Origin: Flectonema sp. DT1601
Taxonomy: Eukaryota
Assembly: GCA_964019425.1 (NCBI GenBank)
Contig: OZ025783.1
Span: 186,001 to 250,000 of the forward strand
Direction: 5' to 3'
Length of the DNA stretch: 64,000 nucleotides
Shown: positions 1 to 12,239 of the stretch, in pieces
Numbering within the stretch: position 1 is the stretch's first letter
How the letters are laid out: every line of letters begins with the position of its first letter
The notes under the pieces: generated by a model
Told to the model about the DNA's origin: nothing
What the model saw: only the letters and a program-made list of their open reading frames with translations
Databases searched by the model: none
Translations under genes and position numbers: made by a program

Positions 1-3000
1 AGCGCAGCCTTATCGACTTGTGGTACTTCATCTTCACTAACTGGTTCTGTAGTCTGTTCTTTTGGTTTGTCTTCATCTGTTACTAAGAATCGCTTAGCTA
101 CAGCTGTGAGAGCTTCATCTTGCCATGAGTGAAACCAATCAATCTTTGTAGTAGTCGCAAGAGATGGAAAATGTCTACACCAAGTTGCGAGTTGACTACC
201 AACAGGAGAGAAGCATAGAATACTGTGAAGGTTCGTCTGAACTCTTGATATAAAGAAATCCATACACACATCTCTATTATTAAAATCTGGATGATGTCTT
301 TGACGAAGCTCTGGTACCATAGCGTTAGTCAAGTCATCAATAGTGTCAGGATCAAACAAGTCAGGTATGAAACCAGAATTTAATAAATCATTCAACACAA
401 CAAGTTGATCAGAGTGTACTATTTGTGTATCAGTAATGATGAATGCTCTTTTTTGATTCTTTCTTCCACACTTTAAGTATAATTCTCCAATGTCAGATCT
501 AAAATCAACTCCTGAATAATTCGCAGTTAACTGAATAGTTGATATCTCACAGTCATTTATAAATGCGGAAAGCTTACTCAGCGACCGTTTACCAGAACCA
601 CCAACACCAATTAGGAGGGCGTTTCCTTTTGGTCGAGAAAGTATGCGACAAATTTTAATTGTATGTTGCATTGCTTGGTTAAATAGTACTAATTGCATTG
701 GTGATCTTGTTACAGTGTTGTTGTATTCCGACAGCTTCTCTTCAAGGAATATTTGAAGTTGTGAGAATGACTCAACAGAATCATAAATATCGAACTCTCC
801 ATTATGTTGACCAAATGGAGCCCACATGTTTGGTTCTTTTAATATGTCTTCAACAACAAGCATGTCACTGAAATGTTTTGCGATGATTTGAGTTGATAAA
901 GCATCATATTCACTGCTGTCTTGATCATCAACCATTCTATCTCTAAATGTTCTCTCACACTCATGTCTCCATAGTCGTAGAACAGCTGCAGCATCACCAT
1001 CATGTAATCCCTTGACTGTACAGTTCATTCCTTCAATTATATTTATAAATTCTCTTAAATTCCATCGGTAATGAAACTTTGTCGCAGTTGGTAAGAAATG
1101 TTCTCTAACAGCTTGGTGTAACTCTACAGTAGCTGATGCGATGTTTGGAATGAGTGCTACGGTGTCTCTTGACCAACCTTTCCAATGTCCTGATAAGACA
1201 GATGACAATATGAGTTCAAGATCATCTTGTGTTGGAAGTTCAATAGCCATGACTGTAAACCATCTTGTGAATCTATCCAATACAGTGAATGTACCTGCTT
1301 TATGATTCATTGAAGCGAAGAATTGAATATCAGTAATATGTTTCTCAACCCCAGGGTTGTTTCTATCCAACCAAAACTGATAATCTAAATACTGTCGTAG
1401 TAGAGCTATTGGTTCTTGAGTGCCGTATTGATCAGGTCGTGGCATGTTCAAGTCTTCAATAAAAAATACCATCTTCTTTCTTCCTGGTGGATGCCAAATA
1501 CGTCCTCCTCTTTCAAGTTTACTTTCCATTACATGTTGAAGAGTCTTAGCGCTGGTTTCAGCGTTTAGGCTGATCATTTGTGACATCCATTGTTGTGGAT
1601 TTAGTTTTTTAAGCATTGAGTTAACAATTAAACTCTTACCAGTACCAACCTTACCAACGACAAGTACTGGATGATGGTTCATTAATAATAAGTCCATAAT
1701 ATAAGTATACTTAACCGTGTCTGCTGTGTTTACGAGTGTGCTTGAGACAGGACTGTCGTTGTTGTGTCTGTATGGAGGTACTAATTCAGCCCAGGGTCTA
1801 AATTCATCACCAGTCTCTGGTGAGATGTAAAAATCATAAATTTGATGTTTATCTTCACAAATTCTAACTTTTGCCTGCATCTCTTTAGTCCACCATTTAC
1901 TAAAAGCAGCCTTGTAGTCTAAACGACCTTCTGAAGGTAAAGCACTTCCGAATGACCACACCGTCGCGAATGTAAAATAACGTTCGTAGACTTCCTGAGG
2001 TGTTGATGATGGCAAATGAGCGAGTAGCGCATCTAACAATCTACAAAGTGATTGAATTATGCTTGTTTCTACAACAGGGATCACTGTTGAGTAAGCTTTC
2101 TTAAGCTGATCAAAAACTGGGTGTAAATAATAATCGAAGTAAGTGTCAAGAGCATTACGTCTCTTCTCATCATTTAGTGATAACAGCCAACGGTCTTTAA
2201 AAGGAGCCCAACCAATATCGGTGTCGTTGATGTATAGAATTCCAGCACGTGAAACTGTAGCTGGAGAAGCAGAGTGTAATTGACTGACCTCAAAAACCAT
2301 TTTCATTGAAGATGCTAATGAAATTCGATCATTATTTGCGAGAGTAAGAATCTTATTATCATCCATGACTGTGTTCATCGATTCAATCCAACCTGCGTCA
2401 ATAATTCCGTCTAATACAATCCACTTCCAACACTTACTAGTCTTACTTAGCATATTGTATTCTTTAAATATATGAGCCAAGTGACCTTCTTTCCATTCCT
2501 TTGTTTGATCACTAAGACATCCATACATTTCATCAGCAGTGATTGCCTTTGGGTTTATGCAACGAAACTTTACTGGGATTGCTGAACTTTCTTTTAGGGT
2601 ATTTCGAACTTCAGTTTTTCCACATCCAGCAGGTCCAAGTATAAAAACACTGTGTCTTACTGATAGTAGCTCATCGTATTGTAAACACTTTTCAATAAAG
2701 ATGTCTTGATCACCTTTCATTAGTTGAAGTCTCGTACATGTTTCAGATAGTCTTCGGCGAAGTTGCGCATCAGCTTTTCTCGCAACTGTCACATTAGGGA
2801 ACAATGCTCTCAGTAAACCCATGAAGACATAAATATCATCTCTGGAAAGCTTCGCGAGGTTAGAATCTCGCAATGCACGGAGTAAGACATGTTTTTCATT
2901 CATGTCTGGTTCTAATCTTCTAAGATTTCCAGCTGTTAGTAGTACACTCTTCACTGCACGAAGTCCCCAATCGTAGTGTAGTTGTTCTGATAAGAGTTCT

Positions 3001-6000
3001 TTGTTTAGTTTGTATAATTGAACGAATTTCAACGCCAAATCTTTAGCATCAACGAATCCTTCAGCTGCCAATAAGATTTCACTAATATTACGAATGTCTG
3101 GGACAACCATCGCACAAGGTCTGAATAGAGATTTTATATTTTCAGGGAGTTCAGTTCTTCCAGCATAACCAGGGTTCATAGTGATGAAAATACCACAAGT
3201 TGGGTTTAGAGAGATGGTTTCTTCATTTGCGAATCTAAATTGTTTTTTTTGAGTTCGGATACCATATAGAACAGATGAGACTTGTGTTGCGACAACTGAC
3301 AATACTTCAATTGATATTCTGTTGAACTCATCAAAACATCCCCAACAACCAGACATTGCTAGTCCTTTAAAAATTCTTCCCAATCCAAAATAATCCATTT
3401 GATCACTGCAATTAAAGACGTAACACGCAACTCCTAAGTTTCTAGCGAGATCTTTTGTAGTTTCTGTCTTACCTGTTCCAGCTGGTCCGGCTGGTGCTCC
3501 ACCCTGAACTAGTTTAAGAGCCTGAGTTAATGTAATGTAACAACGATCTGTAAGTTTTGTTACTACTAAACATCCACAGAGACCAATGTACTCATATCCG
3601 TGACTGAATTCACTGTCACAGATCTTTATAACAACACCCGGGTTTTGTGTGTCTTCCCAAGTGTATCGTAGTTGAGATTGCCATTTAAAGTGCGTTTCAT
3701 TCTCAGCTTTTTCCTCAATTAAGTTCTGTATAACATCCCTGTTGTGAACATCAATCGTAATCAAGTGTACTAACATAGCTCTGTCTGTTGGTGACAGAGT
3801 CCCAAGAACTAATTTAATTTCACTGCTGAGTTGCTTTTGTTGTGATCGCAAGTGGTCTCTCATAGCTGATTCATTTCCGTCTTCCAACTGTGCGAATGCT
3901 GTGCTAGTTTCCCAAGTGAATTGTGTTCTTGATGTGACGATTACTGCCTGACAACAGTGATTGAATATCCATGTTGGTCTTGGATTCTCCATGTATGTGG
4001 TATTAGCATCATCAATGCGTTGTTTTATTGTTTTCCGCATGCTGTCAATACACCCGCCCAGCCATTCTTCAACTGCTCCAACACAATTGTATTGAAAATA
4101 CTGAGGAATGGTTACCTCTTCTCCTTGAATTGAAGTGAATCCCATTATTGTGTTTCGTTTGTCTTCTTCTTTGAAGAATTCAAAAGTCTCAACAGCATCG
4201 ACTAACTTACTCATATGAACCATTACTTCTGAAGGAGTAGAACCTCTTGAGAGGATATCAACCAAGTCAGCATCCGCTAAGAAAAAAAACCTCGGAAACA
4301 ATCTTTTCTTTGCTTCTAAATAGTCTGCAAGAGATTTCTCACATTGTTTTAAGATGTCGGAAATTGATGTTAAGATTGCTTCGATTCCATCGCCTCGATT
4401 CATTGCTTTTTGAACGAAATCAGTACAGCAAACCTGAATGACATTCGAACATTTATTAACGTGATCCATCAGTTCTCTGTATGTAGAATCAGCTCCTTCG
4501 AATGTGAAAGAGTCTCTTGGTAGTGAGATTCTGATGTCTTCTGACTTAATAAAGATTGGATGTAGGTTAGCCCATCTTCTCTGAACATCAAGCCACACTT
4601 GAAGTGTGCTTTCAACAGTTGCTAATCTACCTATCCAACGGTTGAGAGGGTCTTGAAAATGTTCAACAAATCGATTTGATTGAATTTGATGCAACAAGTT
4701 CGAGTCCTGATCAAGGATATCTATTATATCATCTGGTGTTCCAAGTATCCAACAATGAAGTTCATCATCAAGACGATATTGAAATGCTAAACCTTCCCAT
4801 GAGAGTTGGATTTTATTGAGGTAGGTTTCTAGTTGAAGTTCTTTGTTGGCTTTTTCAACAATAATTTGAATTGCTTCCTGGTGGTTGTGAAGACCTTGAC
4901 TCATTAAGTCTCTGAGAGTACATGAAGGTGATCTGGGATCAATCTTCTTATTAGCACCAGTTTCTTTAAATAACATACTCCAATGACGTTCTCTGATGCT
5001 ATCCTCACGAAGATCTTGTGTAAGAGGAATCGATGACTCCATTTGTTTTATTTCTGCAGCAACTCCTTCAAAGCAACGCCATGACCTAACAGTCGATGAA
5101 GGAACTTTTAATTGTTTCATTAGTTTTCCTATTTCATCACTCAAATCATTGACGTCTACTTCAATAAAAGATAGTTGATACCAATAATCAAACAAAGCCC
5201 TGACATGACATATTAAGTCCCAGACTCCTTTACAGTTTCGAAGATTTGTTCTGCACTCTTTAAGTACTTTGAATTCTGCTTTTGCGAGGTCGAATAGCTC
5301 TTGTTCATCGTTTATACGAGAGGCTTCTTCTTCTTTTAAAGTAAGTTCTCGGTGCATTTCGTCAAGGTAGGCGTATGCTTCGTCAGTGTCTTCTAAGTAT
5401 TGAAAAGGTTTCTGTTGGTGGAATTCTTGTTGGAATATTATTAAGTTTTTTTGGAATGCAGTTGCCTGTTCATCAACTCTGTCAGCTTCTTGATCCTGAA
5501 TAGTCCCAACTTCTTCTCTTACTGTGAGGGATCGTTTGTAGCATTGTTGCCATGTGTCGGGTACTTCTCTTCGAAGTGTTTCTAACTCTTGCATTGTGTC
5601 TTCAGATATAGAAGCATTTCTCTTTAACATGTCTATCATCACACTAACAGGTTCAAACATGTGTTTAGCTGTTGCATTTAATCTCTTACAGTCTCTTACC
5701 CATTTCATTAATGATTTGAGACCTTCTTGATCTCCGTCAGTCACTTGACGTTCTAACTCTCCCTGAGCAGCAATTACAAAGTCTTGTAATGTTGTTAATT
5801 CTTCTTTAACTCTTGAGATGATGTGATTGATGTAGGTTTCTTTCCATTTTTGTGAAAGGTCTTTTAGTAGTAATTTGAGAGGCTTTGTATCGATCCATAG
5901 CCATGCACAACCTTGACCGTCGGGAAGAGTAGCAATTTCCTCTTGGACCTTACTATACCTGTTTTATTGTTGTTGTTATTGTTCTGTTAATATGTAGCAA

Positions 6001-9000
6001 AAAAAAAAAAAAAAAAAAAAAAATTCAATATCTATACCTTACAATAGCGCTCCTGTAATCTTCAATGGTGGCACCGCTAAAGAGATGTCGCTCTCGCTGC
6101 TTCTCATCAATGTGAGGAGCGTCACCATCAGTGGAATCGAGATCGTTATTTTGAATGTTTTCAGTACTTTGGTTTTTATTACATTCTTTCAAAAAAGCCG
6201 CGAACGCATCTTCCATTTCAGTCTCCCAAAGATATGAGTAATTCAAATACTGCTGTCTGAAAGCTTCTGTTTCTTCTACAGATGTGATAACTAATTTTGT
6301 TATTTTTTCACAAACTTCTTCACAAGAAGCGTCGTTTTGAACTGCAGAATAGAAATTTTCTTCAGAATCATCGAGTCGATTGAAAGACTTGCTTGCTTGT
6401 TTAATCTCACGAGCCCATTCATCAACAGCGTGATCCAACGATGAGTACGACCCTGAAATATTTGGTTGAAAAGTAGCAACTCCGTCAGTAAGGGTTAGCT
6501 TTACGTCGAGTAGTTTAAGTCCTGAATTAGCTGTGAGCCATTCACCGTCTAATTGGTCTCTCAAGTTTGAGAGAGATTTATGAATACATTCGATAACAAT
6601 CTTTTCAACAACGTTATTTAAGAATAGAATGTACTTACCCCATCTCTCACAAGATTCTGGATCAATTAGAGGAAGTGAAAGTGTTTCTTTTAAGTGATTC
6701 AAAGCTTTAAGAGTTTCAGAAACAAGCTCACTGACAGTCGAAGATACCGCAACAGCATTTAGTCTACGCTTTTCCTTATTCTGAGTGTACTTTATAGTAA
6801 AGTCTTGTAGTGACATTACTCTTGATTCTTTCGGGTCTAATGGTAGAAAAGTATCAAGCTGTAAGTGTTCATTAAGACTGGCTTCAATTTTTTGTCTATT
6901 GTCTTTTATTGTCTCCAATGTAAGATGAACTCGCTGAACTTGATGCGAAGCTTCAACAATGAAATCATTTGTTGATAATGATACCCAGGATATATCATGA
7001 ATTCCCTTTGATAAGATCTCGTCAAGAGCTCCAATTTCACCTTCTAATAGAGGACACTCAACGTCAAGTATTGTATTGTTAATGTTGTTGTATGTGCTGC
7101 AGATATCATCCAATCGGAGGATTTGTCTTCGTAAGGTGATTGCATCAATCTTTGATGCCGATGCCGGAACTTCAAAAAGATCTTCACAGTTGGCATTAAT
7201 CCCTTCTACGTAAGTTACTTCTCGTAGAAGACGTGAAAGCTCTCCGTCGAAACTGACTTGAAGTTTTCCTCCAATATTTCTGGTTATGAGACATAGTTGT
7301 AGTTTGTCTTGTGTTTCAGCGATTCCACCAACCCAAGTATTTGCTTGAGTGTTTATATACTGCTGAAACGTATTTGATAAAGTCTCACTGAGTTGAATTG
7401 TTGATTCCCATAAAGGTGTTGATTGAACACTTTTTGTAATAACTTCGTGAAGTTTTGCTAAGGGTTGGTCAATTCTATCTAACAACGCCTTAGCCCAAGA
7501 CACATCTGCAACAACTGGAGGCATGTTGTCATAAACATTATTACTGCGATCATAAGTTATTCTCGACCTCACAGGAAACATTGTCCCACCCTCACCAGTA
7601 GCTGTGGCGATTAGTTCCCTATTTTGAACATGATGGTCTTGAGTACGCCTAGCCTGAGCAATATGACTTTGGTATATTTGCTGTACGTTTAGTAAATCTG
7701 TTTCATAAGATTGGATAACTGCTACTTGTTTTGTTGCCCAAATCTGACTGATGGCTGGACGGTCAAGGAATATATCGAAAGTTTCAACAAGTCTGAATAT
7801 TATCGTTAGATTATTGCGGTTGTCGGCGAGGGCTTCATCCGCGCAGGCTGCGATCAAGCCTGACAGCTGGTGATCTAAATTTCTAATTTGAGTTCGAAAT
7901 TCAGAAAAAATCTCATCAAATCTCAAATCCTCGACATCCAGAAGATCAATATCTGTCGATTCTGAAAAGTTTCTATGAGCTTCCACAAAAGAATAGTAAA
8001 TACCATATGCGACTTGGCTAGACTCAGCACCAGCATTTCCTCCAATAATGACCTTTCCAGAGTCTGGACTGAGACGCTGAAAAACTACGAAGTTATCAAA
8101 AATATCAAGCAGATCGTGAACTCTTTCCAAGAAAGCATCAAGTCTGGCAAACAATGCTGAATTGTGAAACCTCCAAGGACCGACTGTCGATTCCTTTGCA
8201 ACTTTTGCTTTTTGAGCAAAATACATATTCTTGAAATGTGTGCATATGTGAAGACAAGATTTCAATCTCAAGATTGCCTCATCCGCATCGATTTGAAATA
8301 GTTCGTTGATGCTGAGAAACGATCGAGCGTTTGTTATAATGTCGTTACAGAATTCCTTAATGAAAACAACAATTCGATTTGCTGTGTTGTAATGCTTGCT
8401 ATGCTCCCACAACAGATAGACGTAGTGAAGATATTTTTCAAAGACATGTTCTTCAAGAACCGTGTCAAGAGAAACAGCATGAGGACCAACTAACATTCTG
8501 ATAGGACTTCTAGCTCCTTGTGAAGGAGGTTCTAAGTACTGAGAATTCGAAACAGCTTCGTTGGCGGCATATCGAAGATCGTTTTTTAACAATTGAAATG
8601 GCTTGCTATAACTTGAACCAGAATCACTCAGAATCTTTAAAATTCGAAGGACGTTATTTTCGTTTATTTGATCTTCAATTCCAAGCAGGTCGGATGCTTT
8701 TAATTTCCAAAACTGAATTTCATCTTTTGTACTCGGAATACCCTTAGTCCTTGGGTGATCAGTATTGAATAGACTGGCTGGACATATTGAGATCGCTTGT
8801 TTGATTTGACTTGTCCAAGATACAATCACTGATTCTAATTGGTAAGTTAGATCTTTGTCACGTTCTTTGCCCTTTTCTATGATTGGGACTGGAAGCTGAC
8901 ACTGTCCTTCTGCTAATCCTTGCGTCACCATAAGAAGTGATCGAAAACCAGAAATCTTATCCATCAGCTGTGGACGACTAACTGCTGGTATCGAACTGAC

Positions 9001-9414
9001 GTTTTGCTTTAAATTTAACAAAGCAGGATTGATGTGTGTTTCACTATACAACAATGACTGTAATGGTTTAGGGCAAAGCTCTCCAACCTCAATATGTCTG
9101 CCGATATTGTCTGAAGTAATTGCTTGCCCTTCCTTTTTCAGGAAATAAACAACTTTTCTATTACCAAAATCCTCAACAGGATCAACCGACAGCATCAATC
9201 CCATGTTATTAATAAATGCATACAGACACGTTAAGTCTTTACTTTCAACGTATTCTTTCAGGATGACTCCGGCGTTATCATCGTCTAATCGATCGACGTC
9301 TTTTTTCTTTAATAGTGATCCGAATGCGTTTACAACTCGTTGAATCATCCAACCAACCCTCCTGTCGTTTAACGCCATTCCATCTTGAGTTTCATTTCGA
9401 TCCTTTCTATCCAT
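1..9414 (-). CDS. Axonemal dynein heavy chain, probably outer-arm type. Exons 9414-6038 and 5958-<1; the 3' part is outside the window
   Basis: ORF 6025-9444 encodes a dynein N-terminal tail (likely ATG 9414). Splicing out 6037-5959 continues in frame (IVR|YSKVQEE...WLWIDTKPLK) into a long reading frame with the P-loops GPAGTGKT, GPAGCGKT, GKVGTGKS and GVGGSGK, plus CFDEFNR. The ORF track omits this exon because it has no stop in the window. Confidence 0.96.
5959..6037 (-). other. 79-nt GT-AG intron in the dynein gene
   Basis: Minus strand reads AAG|GTATAG...T25...TATTAAC...AAAACAG|GTATAG. Removing it restores the dynein frame. Confidence 0.93.
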
Positions 9415-9645
9415 TTTGTTTACGTGGCAGGAACTTGCCCGCACGTCCTGTTATGAAAAAGATTCCGTTTGTTGTCGTTGTCGTTGTCGTTGTCATTGTT
9501 GTTGTTCTTTTCATTAATCATCAAACAGTCCTCTCTCAACATGGAGTTGGTTTATCAAACTTGAAAAGATATTATAAGTTTTCACAAAAATGAAGTACAC
9601 GAAAAAAAAGAAAAATCAAATCAACGCAGGACAGAAGAAGTACTA

Positions 9646-9688
<43 letters not shown>

Positions 9689-9973
9689 AACGAAGGAAAG
9701 AAGAAAACTAATTGATATTTGCTGTTCCAAGTGTTCTCTCAGTAGCTAAATGTTTTTTCTCTCGATTTTTCAAAGCAATTGACTTACTAAGATTACTAGA
9801 TGGAAACAGCGACGGGGAGAAATAGAAACGGACTGAATGGAGTGAGAGAAATATTTATTAAGATATCGTCATAGAATCTGAGAAAAGAACTTTCTTCTTC
9901 TTCTTCTTTTATTTTTTTTTCCTAGTGATTTTGCCAGGGTTAGGAAAAACCACCCCTTCTTCTTTTCCTAAAA

Positions 9974-10140
9974 AAGAATTGGCCAACCTCACTTTTTACT
10001 TTTTACTTTTTTCTTTTTTACACACACTTTTGTTTTGTGCGTAACTGGTACAAAATCCTAATAAAGGAATAGGTTAGTTACGCTGACACGATTCTCTTTC
10101 TACCTCTTATTAACAATAGGTTTGTAGGTACACGAAAGAA
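9974..10140. repeat. Dispersed ~160-bp repeat, copy 1 (copy 2 at 51622-51777)
   Basis: Collinear blocks ggccaac.tcactttttacttttt...ggtacaa...taataaa.gaata...acgctg...aataggyttgtaggtac are shared with 51622-51777. Confidence 0.8.
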
Positions 10141-11139
10141 AAAAATAAGAAAAAAAAAAGACGGGGGGACCATTCTTAGTTTTAAGAGAGTTCGCACAGA
10201 TTTAATATACAACAAATTTAGTGCTCTGAATATTATTAAAATTGAAATAGCTTGTTCTGAAAAAAAAGTGTTGCTCCTCTAATTCGGTGGAGATTTTTTG
10301 AAGTTAACAGTTTTTTTTTTTTTTTTTTTTTTTTTTTTCCCCTCCCCCAGCCCCACGGGGTACATCACAACCGTGAGACTCTCACAGGCGAGAAGAGACG
10401 TATGTTAACATGTTCAGTCTTCTTAGGTTCAAATCATAGTCGAAAATATCAAACCAATATAATCACCATCTAACCTGTTTTGAAAGGAAATATTTCTCTT
10501 TTTATTTTTTGTTTGCATCCATAGTAGATATCACTGGTCAAACAAGAGTCTTCTTTTGCAATAATACCGCACATAATAATTAAGTAAGGGGGAATTCGGT
10601 GGGAGGAGAGGAGCAGACAGAAAAAACGACTGATGTGAATGTGACAAAAAACAAAAAAAAAAAGGGGGAAAAGAAAATTATTTTTATATAGAGTAACACA
10701 ATCAACTGACTATGACTAAAGAAAAAAAAAAAAGAAAAGAAGAAAAAAAGTGGAAAGAAATCATCGTACACCCCTATTGCATTTCAATCAGGTCATACTA
10801 AGTTACCTTTTTTAGAACTTTCAGTTTTTCATTTGATAAACGTATTTTTTTTTTTTTTTTTTTGCACAAAAACATGATAAGTAATCAGCTTTATCATAAA
10901 ATCTAATACTACTTGTGATGATGAAATTAGTAGTTTTCTTTCTTTTTTTTTTTTTTTTTTGTTTGTTTGTTTTATTTTTTTTATAAGAAATTATAAAAAT
11001 AATTATAACCCACAAGTTTGTGAAATGTCAGATCTCAACACAAAAGTTTCCGAAGTAGACAAATTATTTTTTGCTGAGTGAGAAATAAGTCACACAATCC
11101 ACAGGGTGGTGCAAAAGCTGCCCAAAGACAACACCGTGA

Positions 11140-11226
11140 GGCGTGTGGCCACTGCACCATTGAATCAAACGAGAGTGAGGATGTAATTGCTTAATGTGTG
11201 CAGATCACTGTTTTGCTGAGCATCGC
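11140..11226 (+). pseudogene. Possible decayed Cys-rich zinc-finger fragment, resembling a piggyBac transposase C-terminus
   Basis: ACGHC-x6, then after a 1-nt frameshift CNCLMCADHCFAEH. This resembles the C-x2-C...C-x2-C-x4-C-x3-CF-x2-H pattern. No flanking transposase or TTAA ends were found. Confidence 0.3.
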
Positions 11227-11955
11227 GAAAACCTTGCTAAGCCGACAACATCTATGTCCCATCAGGATGCTTTTTTCACAACACTTGCGGGTATTCCCTG
11301 CATCCACAACCACCATTAAGCATTACTTCGTGTGTTTTCGCATTTTTTCGGATTGCTTTCGGCCCATGTGTGAACTTTGGTGTATTTTCAACACACAACC
11401 CTTTTCTCTCTTGTCTATCTTTGCACAAAAAATGCAAAAAATCGGGGGTTGTTTTTGACCTCCCTTTTTTTTTTTGGGAATAATAATAAAACAAGCTGAA
11501 AACAGTGGGAACAACAACAATAAAAAGAAAAGAGCCCAGGCACTGCGACACCACACGGCGGGACTGCAACCGATTCTCGATTAAAAGTGGAAGCTTGTGT
11601 CGACGTATCTCACTGGAAGCTCACACAGTTTACTGCAGAAGATGAACAAAATAATTTTTTACCTTCACTTTTCGAAAAATAGTTGTGATGTTGTTCACAA
11701 AACTTTTTTTTTTTTTTGGTTGTCTACGGTTAATTGTTTAATCGAAAAGAAAACTTTTTTAAAGAGGTAAAAAAAATATCAAAAAAAAAAAAGAAACGCA
11801 CGAGGTAAGACTTTCGCTTTCCGCTTTTTGTTAAAAAAATGTGTCAAGAAAAGAAAAACCTAATACTGAGACTGAATTTAAAAGACAAAAAAAAGAAGAA
11901 AAAAAACATTCTACATGTACACGAATGCAGTGACTACCTTCTAAGGTTTTTTGAG

Positions 11956-11994
<39 letters not shown>

Positions 11995-12239
11995 AATTAC
12001 AACGAACCAAGCTAACAAAAACAATGATTCTGATGATGATTCTGCTCATATTCCAACTATTCACTTTTTTTTTTAAAATAAATATAATGTACAATTCATA
12101 GGTGTACAAGAAAAATGCAAAAAAAAAAAAGAAAAAAACAATAATATAAAAAACGCACGAATTCCTCTATCCAAATAAATGAGAAGGTGTTCTGAACCAG
12201 AATAAAAATCAACCGAAGGTATCACAATGCACTTCAAAT

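Noticed and set aside
9590..12230. Short F/K-rich ORFs here and in other spacers (e.g. 32277-33306, 48290-48993, 63607-64000)
   Set aside because: They are translations of poly-A/poly-T homopolymer tracts with no domain signal.
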